Below are positions 10,033 through 20,537 of a stretch of 64,000 nucleotides of DNA, in pieces. How positions within the stretch are numbered: the stretch's first letter is position 1; every line of letters begins with the position of its first letter. The notes beneath the pieces were generated by a model, which saw only the letters and a list, made by a program, of their open reading frames with translations, was not told where the DNA came from and searched no databases. Source of the DNA: Candidatus Bathyarchaeota archaeon (GTDB lineage Archaea; Thermoproteota; Bathyarchaeia; Bathyarchaeales; Bathycorpusculaceae); NCBI GenBank assembly GCA_963768425.1, contig CAVYHV010000009.1:32001-96000 (forward strand), given 5' to 3'. The translations under genes were made by a program, and so were the position numbers.

Positions 10033-10926
10033 TTGATGCAAACTCCAGCCTCAAATGGATCTGAAGTGCATATTAGGATGTCTGATGGTTTCAACCTTTT
10101 TTGCAGGAATTGGTCTGCCTTTGGATCTGTTGAAAGAGCTGTGGTTTTTTTGCATGGAATCGAGGTGCATTCAGGTGCATTTGGTTTCATGGGACCTGAA
10201 TTGGCAAATATGGGCAGCGAAGTTTACGGTTTCGATCGGAGAGGCATGGGAAACTCGAAAGAAACTGATTTGCCCAGAGGCGACACCAAAAGCTTTCAGT
10301 TGCACCTAGACAATGTTGAAGAAGCGATTGAGTTTGTACGCAAGAAGCAGTCGGGGAAAAAACTGTATCTATTTGGTCACAGCATAGGCTGCGCATACGC
10401 TCTTTGGTACGCTGCAAGGAACCCTGAGATAATTGACGGGTTGATTTTGGCGGCTCCTCCCCTGAAAACTGGTTTTAAGCTTCCCTTCGGAGACACGTTG
10501 AAGCTCATTCTTTTCCCGGCGTTTTCTCCTCACACAATGTACAATTTAGTAGACGAATGGCCGCAGACTTTCAAGGAAAGCGAAGAATACAAGCTGATAA
10601 CGGGAGATGAACTCTCCACGAAAGAGTTCGGGTTGGGTTTTCTCTTAGACGTCCAAACTAAGCTGGCAAATAACATGGCTAAGAATGCAGCAAAAATTAA
10701 AAAACCAGTTCTCTTGATTCACGGCGAACAAGACGTCATAGCTCTTCCCGAAAGCTCAAAGCTCATAATAGATAAGCTCGGTTCAGAAGACAAAGTTCTC
10801 CAAACCTTTCAACACGCTGACCATTGGTTCTATCAAAGCATAATACCAAAAATGGGTTCAAAATATGACTTGGAGAAGAAAAAAACGGTATCAAACTCCG
10901 TTAATGATTGGTTAAACAAACATTAG
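10033..10926 (+). CDS. Alpha/beta hydrolase (lysophospholipase-like)
   Basis: HG, DRRGMG, GHSIG nucleophile elbow, HGEQD, DH. Confidence 0.88.
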   Translation: MMQTPASNGSEVHIRMSDGFNLFCRNWSAFGSVERAVVFLHGIEVHSGAFGFMGPELANMGSEVYGFDRRGMGNSKETDLPRGDTKSFQLHLDNVEEAIEFVRKKQSGKKLYLFGHSIGCAYALWYAARNPEIIDGLILAAPPLKTGFKLPFGDTLKLILFPAFSPHTMYNLVDEWPQTFKESEEYKLITGDELSTKEFGLGFLLDVQTKLANNMAKNAAKIKKPVLLIHGEQDVIALPESSKLIIDKLGSEDKVLQTFQHADHWFYQSIIPKMGSKYDLEKKKTVSNSVNDWLNKH

Positions 10927-10981
10927 CGTCTTTATCGCAATCTCCTATCTCCCTGCATAATGAAACCCAATATTAAGCTCT

Positions 10982-11197
10982 TTGTGCGTTTCTGGAACGC
11001 TAAAATCGACGGTTAAAATGAATATTAACGGCATGGAGAAACTGATATTTACGAACGCGCATTTTCAAATGAACGTCGGTTTGCAAAATGAAAATGAACA
11101 CGAACGCAAAAAAGCCAACACAGTCTACGGGATGGCGCAGAAGATCTGTCCTATAAGGCAATCCTGGGGCGAATCTGTCCCGATCAGCGTGAGCTAA
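10982..11197 (+). pseudogene. Possible OsmC-like C-terminal remnant
   Basis: 'AQKICPIRQSW..VPISV' resembles an OsmC C-terminus; the N-terminal half is absent. Confidence 0.3.
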
Positions 11198-11380
11198 ACT
11201 TCAAGTGTTACAAGCCTTTAAGTGGTCTTTTAACTCGACAGTTTATTTTTTTGAAAAAAATAAAACTTGGACGCTTATTTCTTGAAGAAGTGAACGCAGG
11301 GCAAAGGGTTCTTTCAACTGCACATTAAACCTTAAATACTGACGGCTTTTTACTGTTGGAGCAACTGGGGCATAACTAAC

Positions 11381-12154
11381 ATGTACAGTCAGGCTGCAGT
11401 TGAACTGAAGGATGTAACGAAACGTTACAACGAAATCGTGGCAGTAAACAAACTTAGCCTATCGATTGGTCAAGGCGAAATCTTCGGGCTCTTAGGACCC
11501 AACGGGTCAGGAAAATCCACTACTCTTAAAATGTTACTGGGTTTGGTCACGCCTGAAGTCGGCAGCGTCACTGTTCTAGGGTTAGACGTTACGAAGGATC
11601 CGGTTGGAATCAAATGTCTTACAGGTTATGTTCCCGAATCAGCCAATATCTACGAATTTCTAACGGGAATAGAGTATTTGGATTTTATCGCCGACGTTTA
11701 CAGCGTTCCCGCTGAAGAAAAGAAGCAGCGGATAACAGAATACCTCAAAGCCCTTCAGCTGGAGGGTCGGGAAGGCGACATGATTAACAGTTACTCGGAC
11801 GGCATGAAAAAGAAAATAAGTCTTATTTCAGCTTTCATTCACAAACCCAAGCTGCTGCTGCTTGATGAGCCACTTAACGCTTTGGATCCCCGTTCAGCAA
11901 GGATAGTTAAGGATTTTCTGCATCAACTCAAAGGCCAAGGCGTTACCACTATCATGACGACCCATGTTCTTGAAATTGCAGAGGCAATTTGCGACAGAAT
12001 CGGCATAATGTATCAGGGTCAACTGCTTGCGCTTGGCAACATGGATGAGCTTAGGAAGACGGCGAGTCTGCCTGGTTCAGATTTGGAAGACGTTTTCCTC
12101 AAGTTAACGGGTACGGAAGATTTGAGAGCTGTTGTTGAGGAACTCATGAAATGA
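11381..12154 (+). CDS. ABC transporter ATP-binding protein
   Basis: GPNGSGKS, YSDGM, LLDEP, TTH. Confidence 0.92.
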   Translation: MYSQAAVELKDVTKRYNEIVAVNKLSLSIGQGEIFGLLGPNGSGKSTTLKMLLGLVTPEVGSVTVLGLDVTKDPVGIKCLTGYVPESANIYEFLTGIEYLDFIADVYSVPAEEKKQRITEYLKALQLEGREGDMINSYSDGMKKKISLISAFIHKPKLLLLDEPLNALDPRSARIVKDFLHQLKGQGVTTIMTTHVLEIAEAICDRIGIMYQGQLLALGNMDELRKTASLPGSDLEDVFLKLTGTEDLRAVVEELMK

Positions 12155-13815
12155 ACTGGAAGAATGTCCTCCGCCTGCTCCGGGTTGAACGCAAATCTGG
12201 CAGGCTAATCAGAGGAATAAAAGCTACACGGTACAAAGAAAACTCTTTCGTTGCCTATTGGCCTTATTGGGTGGCATTGATACTCGGGGCTTTAGGCGGT
12301 TTTCTAGCTGACTACGTTGTGGGTCTTGCGTCAACCACGGCGATACATTCTTTGAACACGCAGGCAGTCGGTTTCTTCTCAGTTTTGCCGACTTTGGTTT
12401 TAGGTATCAGTATAGTGTTTACTTTGTTCCAGCAGGTACAGTTAGCTGGGAAAGCTTCGAGTCAAGTGATGTATTGGCTGCCTGTAACTTGGCAAGAGCA
12501 CACATTAGCCTCAATTCTGGCTAACTTGTTGGGGTTACCTGTAGCAGTTGTGGTAGGATTAAGCTCTGGACTCATAGTCTTTGGGGCGTTTAACGGGTTG
12601 ATTCTCCAAGCATTACTAACCATAGTCATTCTGTTTGCGACGGCTTTTCTTGCTAGTTCGATAACGGAGATCATTAGAGTTATCCAAGTACGCTTTGCAG
12701 GAGCAGTCTATAAATCAAGTGGGAGAGCAGCTATATGGTTGCGGCTCATCGGTTCGCTGCTCGTCGTAATAATATTTTACATTATCTACTTTTACGCCGT
12801 TTCGGGAACAAACACTTTCATTTCAAGCCTGAGCGCCGTACAGAGGGGAGCGTGGTATGTACCTTTCGTTTGGCCAGCCTTGATACTTTCTTACATTGCC
12901 AAAGGCCTTTTTCTGCAGAGCGTCGTCTATGTAGCCTTATCAGCTGGTTTCATCGTAGGCTTGTACTACCTTGCCGTCGAATTGAACACACGGTTCGGGC
13001 TTTATGAGCCGCCGGCGATAACTTTGCAGAAAAGTGGCGTTTATGCACCGAAAATCGGGTTCCTGGGCAAGCTTGGTTTTTCAAGTGGTGAAGCAGCCTT
13101 AATTCGAAAGGATTTGCGAGCGTTTACTAGGCGTCGGGATCTGCTAGGTATCTACTTCATGCCAATTATTCTAGTTATAATTTCGATTTTCTACTCGTTC
13201 GGCATAGGCGGAGGTTCGTCTTCGGGCTCAAGCTTGGCAATTTGGTCCGGAGTGATTTTTCTGGTGCCTGCCAGCGGAATGGCAATGTTGCTTGGCCAAG
13301 TCTTGATAGGCGAGGAAGGGCAAGTGATTTGGCGAATTTACGCTTCACCCATATCCGCCAAGAACTTGGTCAGGAGCAAATTCTTCTTAGTAATGATATT
13401 CTCAACTATCATTTTGGTTGCGACGGGAGCCATAGGCGTAGTTGTGTTTCATCCAAGCCTTCGAAAAGCACTGATAGCCATATTAGAAGGGTTCTTTATG
13501 TCGCTCGCAGTGGCATCGGTTTCGCTTCAAATCGGTCTTAAAGGTCCCGACTTTTCAGGGACACGACGAGCAAGAATGGTTCGCCAGGAATGGTCACTGC
13601 TAGGTTCCATCGTCGGCGTCGTCACTGGGGTAGGGGTTTTTGCTCCGGTACTTGTTCAGTACGCTGTTGGGTTATACTACAATTCATCCGTTAGCACCCT
13701 AAATTATGCTATCGGTCTTGCCATAAGCGCTGCAATTTCTGTAGTAATCACTGCGGTGTTTTACAAAGTCAACATAGACAGTGCACAGGATTTCCTGCGT
13801 AAAGCGGAAACTTGA
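12151..13815 (+). CDS. ABC exporter permease (multi-TM)
   Basis: Many TM helices, overlapping the ATPase stop codon (ATGA). Confidence 0.8.
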   Translation: MNWKNVLRLLRVERKSGRLIRGIKATRYKENSFVAYWPYWVALILGALGGFLADYVVGLASTTAIHSLNTQAVGFFSVLPTLVLGISIVFTLFQQVQLAGKASSQVMYWLPVTWQEHTLASILANLLGLPVAVVVGLSSGLIVFGAFNGLILQALLTIVILFATAFLASSITEIIRVIQVRFAGAVYKSSGRAAIWLRLIGSLLVVIIFYIIYFYAVSGTNTFISSLSAVQRGAWYVPFVWPALILSYIAKGLFLQSVVYVALSAGFIVGLYYLAVELNTRFGLYEPPAITLQKSGVYAPKIGFLGKLGFSSGEAALIRKDLRAFTRRRDLLGIYFMPIILVIISIFYSFGIGGGSSSGSSLAIWSGVIFLVPASGMAMLLGQVLIGEEGQVIWRIYASPISAKNLVRSKFFLVMIFSTIILVATGAIGVVVFHPSLRKALIAILEGFFMSLAVASVSLQIGLKGPDFSGTRRARMVRQEWSLLGSIVGVVTGVGVFAPVLVQYAVGLYYNSSVSTLNYAIGLAISAAISVVITAVFYKVNIDSAQDFLRKAET

Positions 13816-13907
13816 AGAAACATTGGCAATAGATCCCTCCCTTGTTGACTTTTAGGGGTTAGTATAGGGTTAATTTAAAAGCAAACACCGAGAAAACGTT
13901 AAACTGT

Positions 13908-14108
13908 TTGGTGACGAGGATGGGCAATGAAGGGAAAGGAACGATATTTCGGCGCAAAGACAACAGGTACCTGCTTTATCTGCCTGTGCGCGTAGTTGAC
14001 GACAGCATGTTCCCGTTGAAGTGCAACAGTTCGATGCCCGTTAAAGTAAGTTTCAGCCCAAACGACGGCAAATTAATCGCAGAGAAATGGGAAGACGAAA
14101 AAAGCTGA
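13908..14108 (+). CDS. Small AbrB-like (swapped-hairpin) protein
   Basis: 'RYLLYLPVRVVDDSMFP...VKVSF...KLIAE' pattern. Confidence 0.5.
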   Translation: MVTRMGNEGKGTIFRRKDNRYLLYLPVRVVDDSMFPLKCNSSMPVKVSFSPNDGKLIAEKWEDEKS

Positions 14109-14168
14109 AACACTGTCTCAGCAACTCTTTATTTATCAGTTCCAACAACTCTTTTTTAGTGAAGTTTT

Positions 14169-14611
14169 ATGGCAGACTTGAAAGTTAAGAGCGCGGTTTT
14201 TGAACCTGGCAAGCTAATTCCAAAAAAATATTCTTGCGACGGACAAGACATCAACCCACCACTGACCATTGAAGGTATCCCAAAGGAAGCAAAAACCCTT
14301 GTTTTAGCTTTAGATGACCCTGACGCGCCCAGGCGGGACATTTGACCACTGGATCGTTTGGAACATCCCAGCGTCAACAACAAAGATACGCAGAAAACTC
14401 CGTGCCTGGAAAAGAAGGCTTCAACAGCGCACGGCAAACGGGTTACATGGGACCATGTCCCCCTTCGGGGACACACAGGTACTTCTTCAAAGTTTATGCT
14501 TTGGACATTGAGCTTAACCTGGGTTTAGGATCGAAAAAGAAAGACGCTGAAAAAGCCATGCAGGGACACGTTTTAGCTAAGGGGGAATTAATGGGCACCT
14601 ATACAAGGTAA
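14169..14611 (+). CDS. YbhB/YbcL (PEBP/RKIP-like) protein, split by two +1 indels
   Basis: ATG at 14169; reconstructed IPKKYSCDGQDINPPL...DDPDAP/GTFDHWIVWNIP/...YMGPCPPSGTHRYFFKVYALD across three frames. Confidence 0.85.
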
Positions 14612-14686
14612 CCACCCTTCAAAGTTTGATTACCCAAAACGGCTTGTTGATATGGCGAAGCATTGCAATGATTGGTTGATCTGGTT

Positions 14687-15869
14687 TTGAACCAAAAATA
14701 CCTCATTTTAGTTCGTTGCGTTGCTTATCATTTTAATTTCTGTTACGCTTTTTCTGACCTTTGAACCCTACGAAAACGTTTCAACCAGGCCGTTTTATCT
14801 GGGCGTCGAATTTGCATATGGAAGCCAGTTTAGCCAACTAAAAGCGTTGGTGGATCAGGTTAAGAGTTACACAAATCTCTTCGTCATCGGCTCAGTCACT
14901 CTAACGTTTAATTTGACGGCGCTGAACGAATCATGCAACTATATTTACAAAGCGGGATTAAGCTTCATTGTCCTCTTCACCAGCTACTACATGTACAACT
15001 CAAATGGGTTCTCAAGTAGCTACACCATATTCAACTGGACACGGTCCGCCCAGCAAATGTACGGCAGCAAATTCTTGGGAATTTACAGGTTCGACGAGCC
15101 GGGAGGAAACCAGCTAGACCGCGGAAAGTCTCAGATTATCAACGACACCTCTTTAAGTTACGCTCAGGTAGCTCAGGGTTACGTAGGTAATCTGTCAAGC
15201 ATAGTAAACTATTACTCGCACTTTCAGAACACCGTCGCCAATCCAGTTGTTAAAATCTTTACATCGGATTATGGACTGTACTGGTTCGACTACCAGGCAG
15301 GTTACAGCACCGTTTTCGCCGAATTCCTCGGAAACGAAAGCAGGCAAATTCCCATAGCGCTTGACAGAGGCGCCGCTCAATCGTTCAATGAGCCTTGGGG
15401 AGCCATAATAACATGGAACAACGAATTTCCGAACCCTGAGTCTAAGGAGCAGCTGTTGTCCGACTTGTCAACCGCTTACAGTGCAGGAGCCACCTACGAT
15501 GTCGTTTTCACTTTCCCAAATATAACGGGTTATTCATACGGCACGCTTTCGCAGGAAGATTTCGAGGCTTTGCATGAGTTCTGGACGGACATCCACACAA
15601 ATCCAATGCAATTCGAGGCAACCCCGGGGGAGGCTGCCTACGTTGCGCCCGCGGACTTTGGGTTTGGCTTTCGCAGCGCTACCGATACAATCTGGGGTTT
15701 ATTCCCAGCTTCCAACTACTCGTACACCGCAAAAATATGGAGCGACACTCAACTCCTTTTGGCAAATTATGGTGGTACGTTAAACATAATTTATGATGAT
15801 CAAACCATTATACAGCCGACGCTGAATGAATACTCGCATGTCTTTTATTATGGCCAGACCGTCACGTGA
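14687..15869 (+). CDS. Secreted/membrane-anchored hypothetical protein
   Basis: N-terminal hydrophobic anchor, many N-x-S/T sites, DEPGG and TSDYGLYWFDY motifs; probable true start TTG at 14687 with one +1 indel before ORF 14721. Confidence 0.7.
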
Positions 15870-15969
15870 TTATTGCCTTGTAACCCAGTTCACAGATAAA
15901 GCCTTTAAACGTGAATGTTGCATTTAACCAACCTGTCTATTAGTTCATGGGAGTTGTGGGCATCTGCAT

Positions 15970-18900
15970 TTGGATGAGAAATCACAGATTGACGCTAAGC
16001 CTGCAGGGGATTTGCCGCCTCTTGATGCCTCGGGCGTAGCGGAATACATCCGCTTCGACGGCTGCCCCCGCTACTTCAAACTCCGCTTCGAGGAAAAAGA
16101 CGAGAAAAAAATAACGTGGCCTGAAGCCTTCCATAAGCCATTGAGCCCCTTGCTTTTTACTGCCGGCAAACAGCTCGAAGAGAAAACGGTTCAAGAACTC
16201 AAAGCAAAAGGGGCCGACTTCAAAGACTTCACATGCTACGACCCCAAACAGCAGAAAGAAAGGTGGCCCATCGAGTGGCAAAATTCACTGCAGTCAATAA
16301 TAGAAATTCTCAAAGACGCCATTTCAGCAAAGAACGAAGCTGCTTTCAACCCTGTTTTGATTTATCAAGCGCCAGTGATGGGGCACATCGGCATGTGGGA
16401 GGTAAAGGGAGTAGCTGACCTCATCGGTGTATGGCCGAACAGGAACGGCAAGACGAAAGTTCGCATTTTTGAAATTAAGTCATCTTGGAAAGAGCAGACA
16501 GCACACCGCATTCAGGTCGCGATTTATGTACTCTTGTTAACCGCAGCGATAGGCGAACTTGCTTCGAAAGTCGATTTCGAAGGCGGAGTAATCAATAAAG
16601 AATCGGACCTGGAAAATCTTGCCCCAGAAAGTCTGCCTTCTTTTAGGCTTGAACCCTTAATACAAGATGTTCAAAGGCTCCTGAGCATAAACGGTGAGCT
16701 TTTCAGAATCCACAAAAAGAGCCTCGCCGATGTGGAGTATCAGCTTTCTTGGCGATGCGATAACTGCGGCTACAACGAATGTTGCTTTGTTCGGGCAGTA
16801 GAAAAAGAAAGCGTGGCTCTGCTTAACTTAACCCGCGGCGAGCAGAAGGCTTTGCGGCAGCATGGGATTTTGAAGTTGGAAGACCTGGCCAAGTTGAAAG
16901 CGGTGCCTAGACAAGAGGAGCAAAAGCCATACAACTTCAAGGAGATACGCGCTTCAGACAATCAAAAAGTGCAGTCCTTGTCAGCTGACCCCATCATCGG
17001 CGGCAAAGTTGACAGGCTGATTCAGAGAGCGCAATTCATGCTTTTCGGAATACGGCCGACAAGCCCTTATGCAAATAGGGTTCGGGCGATGCCGTGGCTG
17101 ACTGGCACAGGTTATGGCACTTTGCCCGAGGATAGTCCGGTGGAAGGCGCCGACACAACGCTTCTATTCAAGCCTGACGGCATGATACGCGTATATTTTC
17201 ACATTCAATGGGATTACTTAGTAAACATAATTTCAATGATCACTGCACGAGTCAGCTGCACACGATACAAAGGCCAACCAATCAGCATCTCAAAAATCGT
17301 CAACGCGATACCCAAGGAGCAAAAAGAATGTGTGGACGAAGAAAGAGGCTTGCTGCAAGCGTTCTTTACGGAACTCACAGAAGCCGTCAACAAAATTGCG
17401 GTTGAGGTAGGCAGCCCGGACGAAGCACCTATTCACTTGTACTTTTACACACGTCAAGAACGTGACCACTTAATGGACGCAGTGCGTCGCCACTCTTCTT
17501 TGGTGACAGCCAACGCGGTTCGGGACCTTCTGGGGCTTAGGCAAGCAATTGACCAGCCCATGTTCTCAATAGTGCAAGACGAACTCTTGTTGAGAAAGGC
17601 AATCGGTTATCCAAGCACAGGGCTTCTTCCAGTTCTAAAGCAATCAAACTACTTCAACAGCAACCAATGGGTAATCAATCGCAAAGACGGTTCACAACTT
17701 GATCCTCGCCGCGTCTTTTACGATGGCTTCTTCAACTTTGATATGCCTTACACAAAAAACCCAGACGACACCATGTCTTTCCTGATAGGGCCTGACCTAA
17801 GACGCAAAGACGGGTATTACCCAGCCCGTGCCCGCTTCGGAAACCAAATTCCAATCGAATACTTGTGGGCTGCAAAAGGGCGACTTGACAGCAACCAGGA
17901 GAAGGCCCAAGCAAGAATCATGGTAGAGCGACGCATGTGGTGCGATTACCCAACTAACAAACGGAGAATCGGCGACGAAGATTTGACGCTGCTCGGGATA
18001 CAGCTTTGCATGGCGCTGGAACACATTGAGCGGTCTTTAAACATACGAAACCGTCGATTAGGCAAGAAGCCAATTCCTGTGCCGCAGATTCCAAAGTTCA
18101 CGTTGGGCAAAGCAACTTTGAAGAGTAGTTGCAGTGAATTTTTAGATTTAGAGTACTTCGCAAAACGCCAAGAGCTTTATCAGCATTACTCTTTGCTTCC
18201 ATGCCAGCGGGTAGCGACAGGCAGGTCGGTAATTTTTGAATGCTTTAGTGTTGAAGAAACAGACCGTGACTTCACGGTCAGGGGCAGGGTGATCTATGAA
18301 AGCCTCGGAATACCAAAATCGGATTGTATTGTTAACGCGTGCAGGGTCAAAGGTTCAGATGAATCTGGCTCAGGAGATTGGATGGTTGCCACAGAAATCA
18401 GAAGGAATGCGCAGGGACAGCTTGAAGAAATACAGAAAAAGTCTCCTTCTGAGTTGGAGAAATCTGCGCTTGTAATCATCGACAAGGTTGACCTACGCAA
18501 AATGGAAGTAGCCATTAAAGTGTTGAGTTGGCCCAGCGGAAAAACCCGTCAGTACAGAACTTGGCACAGCCTTCCAACCACTGACAAGATGAACGCCAAA
18601 GAAGGTAGGCAGCAGGTTTTTGAGGCGGGTCGAATCTACATTTTAGACGAGATGGCGGACGACATCATCTCTGAACGCGCGAAAAAATGCCTTGAACACA
18701 CCGACGACAACCAGCTTTATTGTTTGTTGGAAGGCTTTCTGACAGGCACAGAACAGCCTTCCGAACGGGTCCCTTTAATGAGGGATTCCGCGAAGCCTTT
18801 CTTGAGTTGGGCTAACGGAAGAAAGTTTCCTCCTAAGCCCGAGCAGAACCGTTTTGTTGAGCGGGTTTTCAATGAGGAGCAGGTTGTTATGCTTCAAGGT

Positions 18901-20322
18901 CCGCCAGGCACCGGCAAAACTGAAACTTTGCAGTTGGCGGTGCTTGCTCACATTGCTGCCCACAAAGCCGTAGGCAAATGTCGCGTTTTGATGGTTGCCC
19001 CGACTCATAAGGCGATCTCTGAATTTGTTAACAAGATGGCGAAGACATGGCAAGACTATTGCAGGGAAGGCGGCAAAGATCTGGCTAACCTGAAAATTTA
19101 CAGGGTAGTAAACAACAATTATTCTTCAAACAAAGCCTGCGACGGCATAACATACGTGAACTACAACGAGGACGCAGAGGTCGTAACGGAACTAAAAGGG
19201 GCACTTTCAAGCCAACATAAATTGGTTCATGATGCTGCCGACGATTTTCCGTTGGTTCTGTGTGTCACGCCGCCGGGATTGTACGGACTCATGAAGAAGA
19301 TCGGCGGTAAAGAACCCTCTTGGGACGAAGGCTACTTTGACCTGCTTGTTGTCGATGAGGCAAGCATGATGAGGCTTCCTGAATTGATTCTTTCAGGCGC
19401 CTTTGTTGATAAGACCGCCCAAATGCTTGTGGCGGGGGACCATCGGCAGCTTCCTCCGATTCAAGTTCATAACTGGGAAAAAGAGGACCGTCGAACCATC
19501 GAGGAAATGGCGTCGTTTCTGTCTGCGATGGATTTCCTGCGTTTGCTGCGGCAAGAGGACTTGGGATTGGAGCACATTAAGTCGTCTAATAAGGCCGAGA
19601 TCCCAACAGAGCGGCTGAGCGAAACTCATCGGTGTCACAGCGTCGTGGCGGAGTTCCTTAGAGATTGGGTTTACCATAAGGACGGGATTGATTTCCGCTC
19701 AGACCAAACCGAGACTCTTTGCGGAGCGGCTGCTTCAACTGTGGGGTTGAATGTGATTTTGAAGTCAGAGAACGTTTTTGTGCTTGTTATTCACGATGAA
19801 GAGGAAAGTTTTCAGTCAAACGTGGTTGAAGCTCAAATTGTTGATGCCTTAGTTCGTAGTGTGAAGCCTGAAAGTGTTGGCGTTGTTACTCCTCATAACG
19901 CTCAACGTGGAGTCGTAAAGAATATGCTCATTGACGGTTACCAGAACCTGCGGGTTGACACCGTTGAACGGTACCAGGGCGGCGAAGCAGACTTCATCAT
20001 AATATCCTCCACTGTAAGCGACCCTGACTACGTACGCATAGAAAGCGATTTTCTGCTGAATCTAAACCGCGTAAACGTCGCCATATCCCGAATGAAAAAG
20101 AAACTCGTTATCATCGCAAGCCGATCAATCTTCGAGTTCCTGCCCCAAGACGCCAAAGACTACGACAAAGCCCTCCTGTGGAAAGGCATAGCACAAACCG
20201 TAGGCTTCACCGCCAACAGCGTCCCCGAATGGAAAGGCAGTTTGACGGACTTTTTGGGTAAACCCGCCCAGCAAGTCGAAGTTCAAGTTTACGCCAAATC
20301 CGCCAAAAGCGACAAGCACTAA
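15970..20322 (+). CDS. Cas4/RecB-like PD-(D/E)xK nuclease fused to an SF1B (Dna2/Upf1-like) helicase
   Basis: GCPRY...GVADL..FEIKSS..QVAIY...RCDNCGYNECC; helicase GPPGTGKT, DEAS, GDHRQL, TPHNAQ, TVERYQGGE, NVAISR. Confidence 0.85.
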   Translation: MDEKSQIDAKPAGDLPPLDASGVAEYIRFDGCPRYFKLRFEEKDEKKITWPEAFHKPLSPLLFTAGKQLEEKTVQELKAKGADFKDFTCYDPKQQKERWPIEWQNSLQSIIEILKDAISAKNEAAFNPVLIYQAPVMGHIGMWEVKGVADLIGVWPNRNGKTKVRIFEIKSSWKEQTAHRIQVAIYVLLLTAAIGELASKVDFEGGVINKESDLENLAPESLPSFRLEPLIQDVQRLLSINGELFRIHKKSLADVEYQLSWRCDNCGYNECCFVRAVEKESVALLNLTRGEQKALRQHGILKLEDLAKLKAVPRQEEQKPYNFKEIRASDNQKVQSLSADPIIGGKVDRLIQRAQFMLFGIRPTSPYANRVRAMPWLTGTGYGTLPEDSPVEGADTTLLFKPDGMIRVYFHIQWDYLVNIISMITARVSCTRYKGQPISISKIVNAIPKEQKECVDEERGLLQAFFTELTEAVNKIAVEVGSPDEAPIHLYFYTRQERDHLMDAVRRHSSLVTANAVRDLLGLRQAIDQPMFSIVQDELLLRKAIGYPSTGLLPVLKQSNYFNSNQWVINRKDGSQLDPRRVFYDGFFNFDMPYTKNPDDTMSFLIGPDLRRKDGYYPARARFGNQIPIEYLWAAKGRLDSNQEKAQARIMVERRMWCDYPTNKRRIGDEDLTLLGIQLCMALEHIERSLNIRNRRLGKKPIPVPQIPKFTLGKATLKSSCSEFLDLEYFAKRQELYQHYSLLPCQRVATGRSVIFECFSVEETDRDFTVRGRVIYESLGIPKSDCIVNACRVKGSDESGSGDWMVATEIRRNAQGQLEEIQKKSPSELEKSALVIIDKVDLRKMEVAIKVLSWPSGKTRQYRTWHSLPTTDKMNAKEGRQQVFEAGRIYILDEMADDIISERAKKCLEHTDDNQLYCLLEGFLTGTEQPSERVPLMRDSAKPFLSWANGRKFPPKPEQNRFVERVFNEEQVVMLQGPPGTGKTETLQLAVLAHIAAHKAVGKCRVLMVAPTHKAISEFVNKMAKTWQDYCREGGKDLANLKIYRVVNNNYSSNKACDGITYVNYNEDAEVVTELKGALSSQHKLVHDAADDFPLVLCVTPPGLYGLMKKIGGKEPSWDEGYFDLLVVDEASMMRLPELILSGAFVDKTAQMLVAGDHRQLPPIQVHNWEKEDRRTIEEMASFLSAMDFLRLLRQEDLGLEHIKSSNKAEIPTERLSETHRCHSVVAEFLRDWVYHKDGIDFRSDQTETLCGAAASTVGLNVILKSENVFVLVIHDEEESFQSNVVEAQIVDALVRSVKPESVGVVTPHNAQRGVVKNMLIDGYQNLRVDTVERYQGGEADFIIISSTVSDPDYVRIESDFLLNLNRVNVAISRMKKKLVIIASRSIFEFLPQDAKDYDKALLWKGIAQTVGFTANSVPEWKGSLTDFLGKPAQQVEVQVYAKSAKSDKH

Positions 20323-20537
20323 ATAGCATTGTGGGCCCAGATAATTTTCTGGCATAACCGAGATGAAAATATGGTTGTTTGAAGATGTTTAACGACTCTT
20401 GTTGTTGATATTTAGTGTTTCTGCGCAAACTTTATCTTCTAAGTAGTTTAAGGTTGGATTGTTGTTGATAAGGAAAGAGTGTTTTCATTCTTTCCCTAAT
20501 TCCTAACGTTTCATTGGAAAAAAGAAAAGTTGATGTT

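Noticed and set aside
15970-16800. CRISPR-associated cas4
   Set aside because: The domain is fused to a helicase and no other cas genes or array are in the window.
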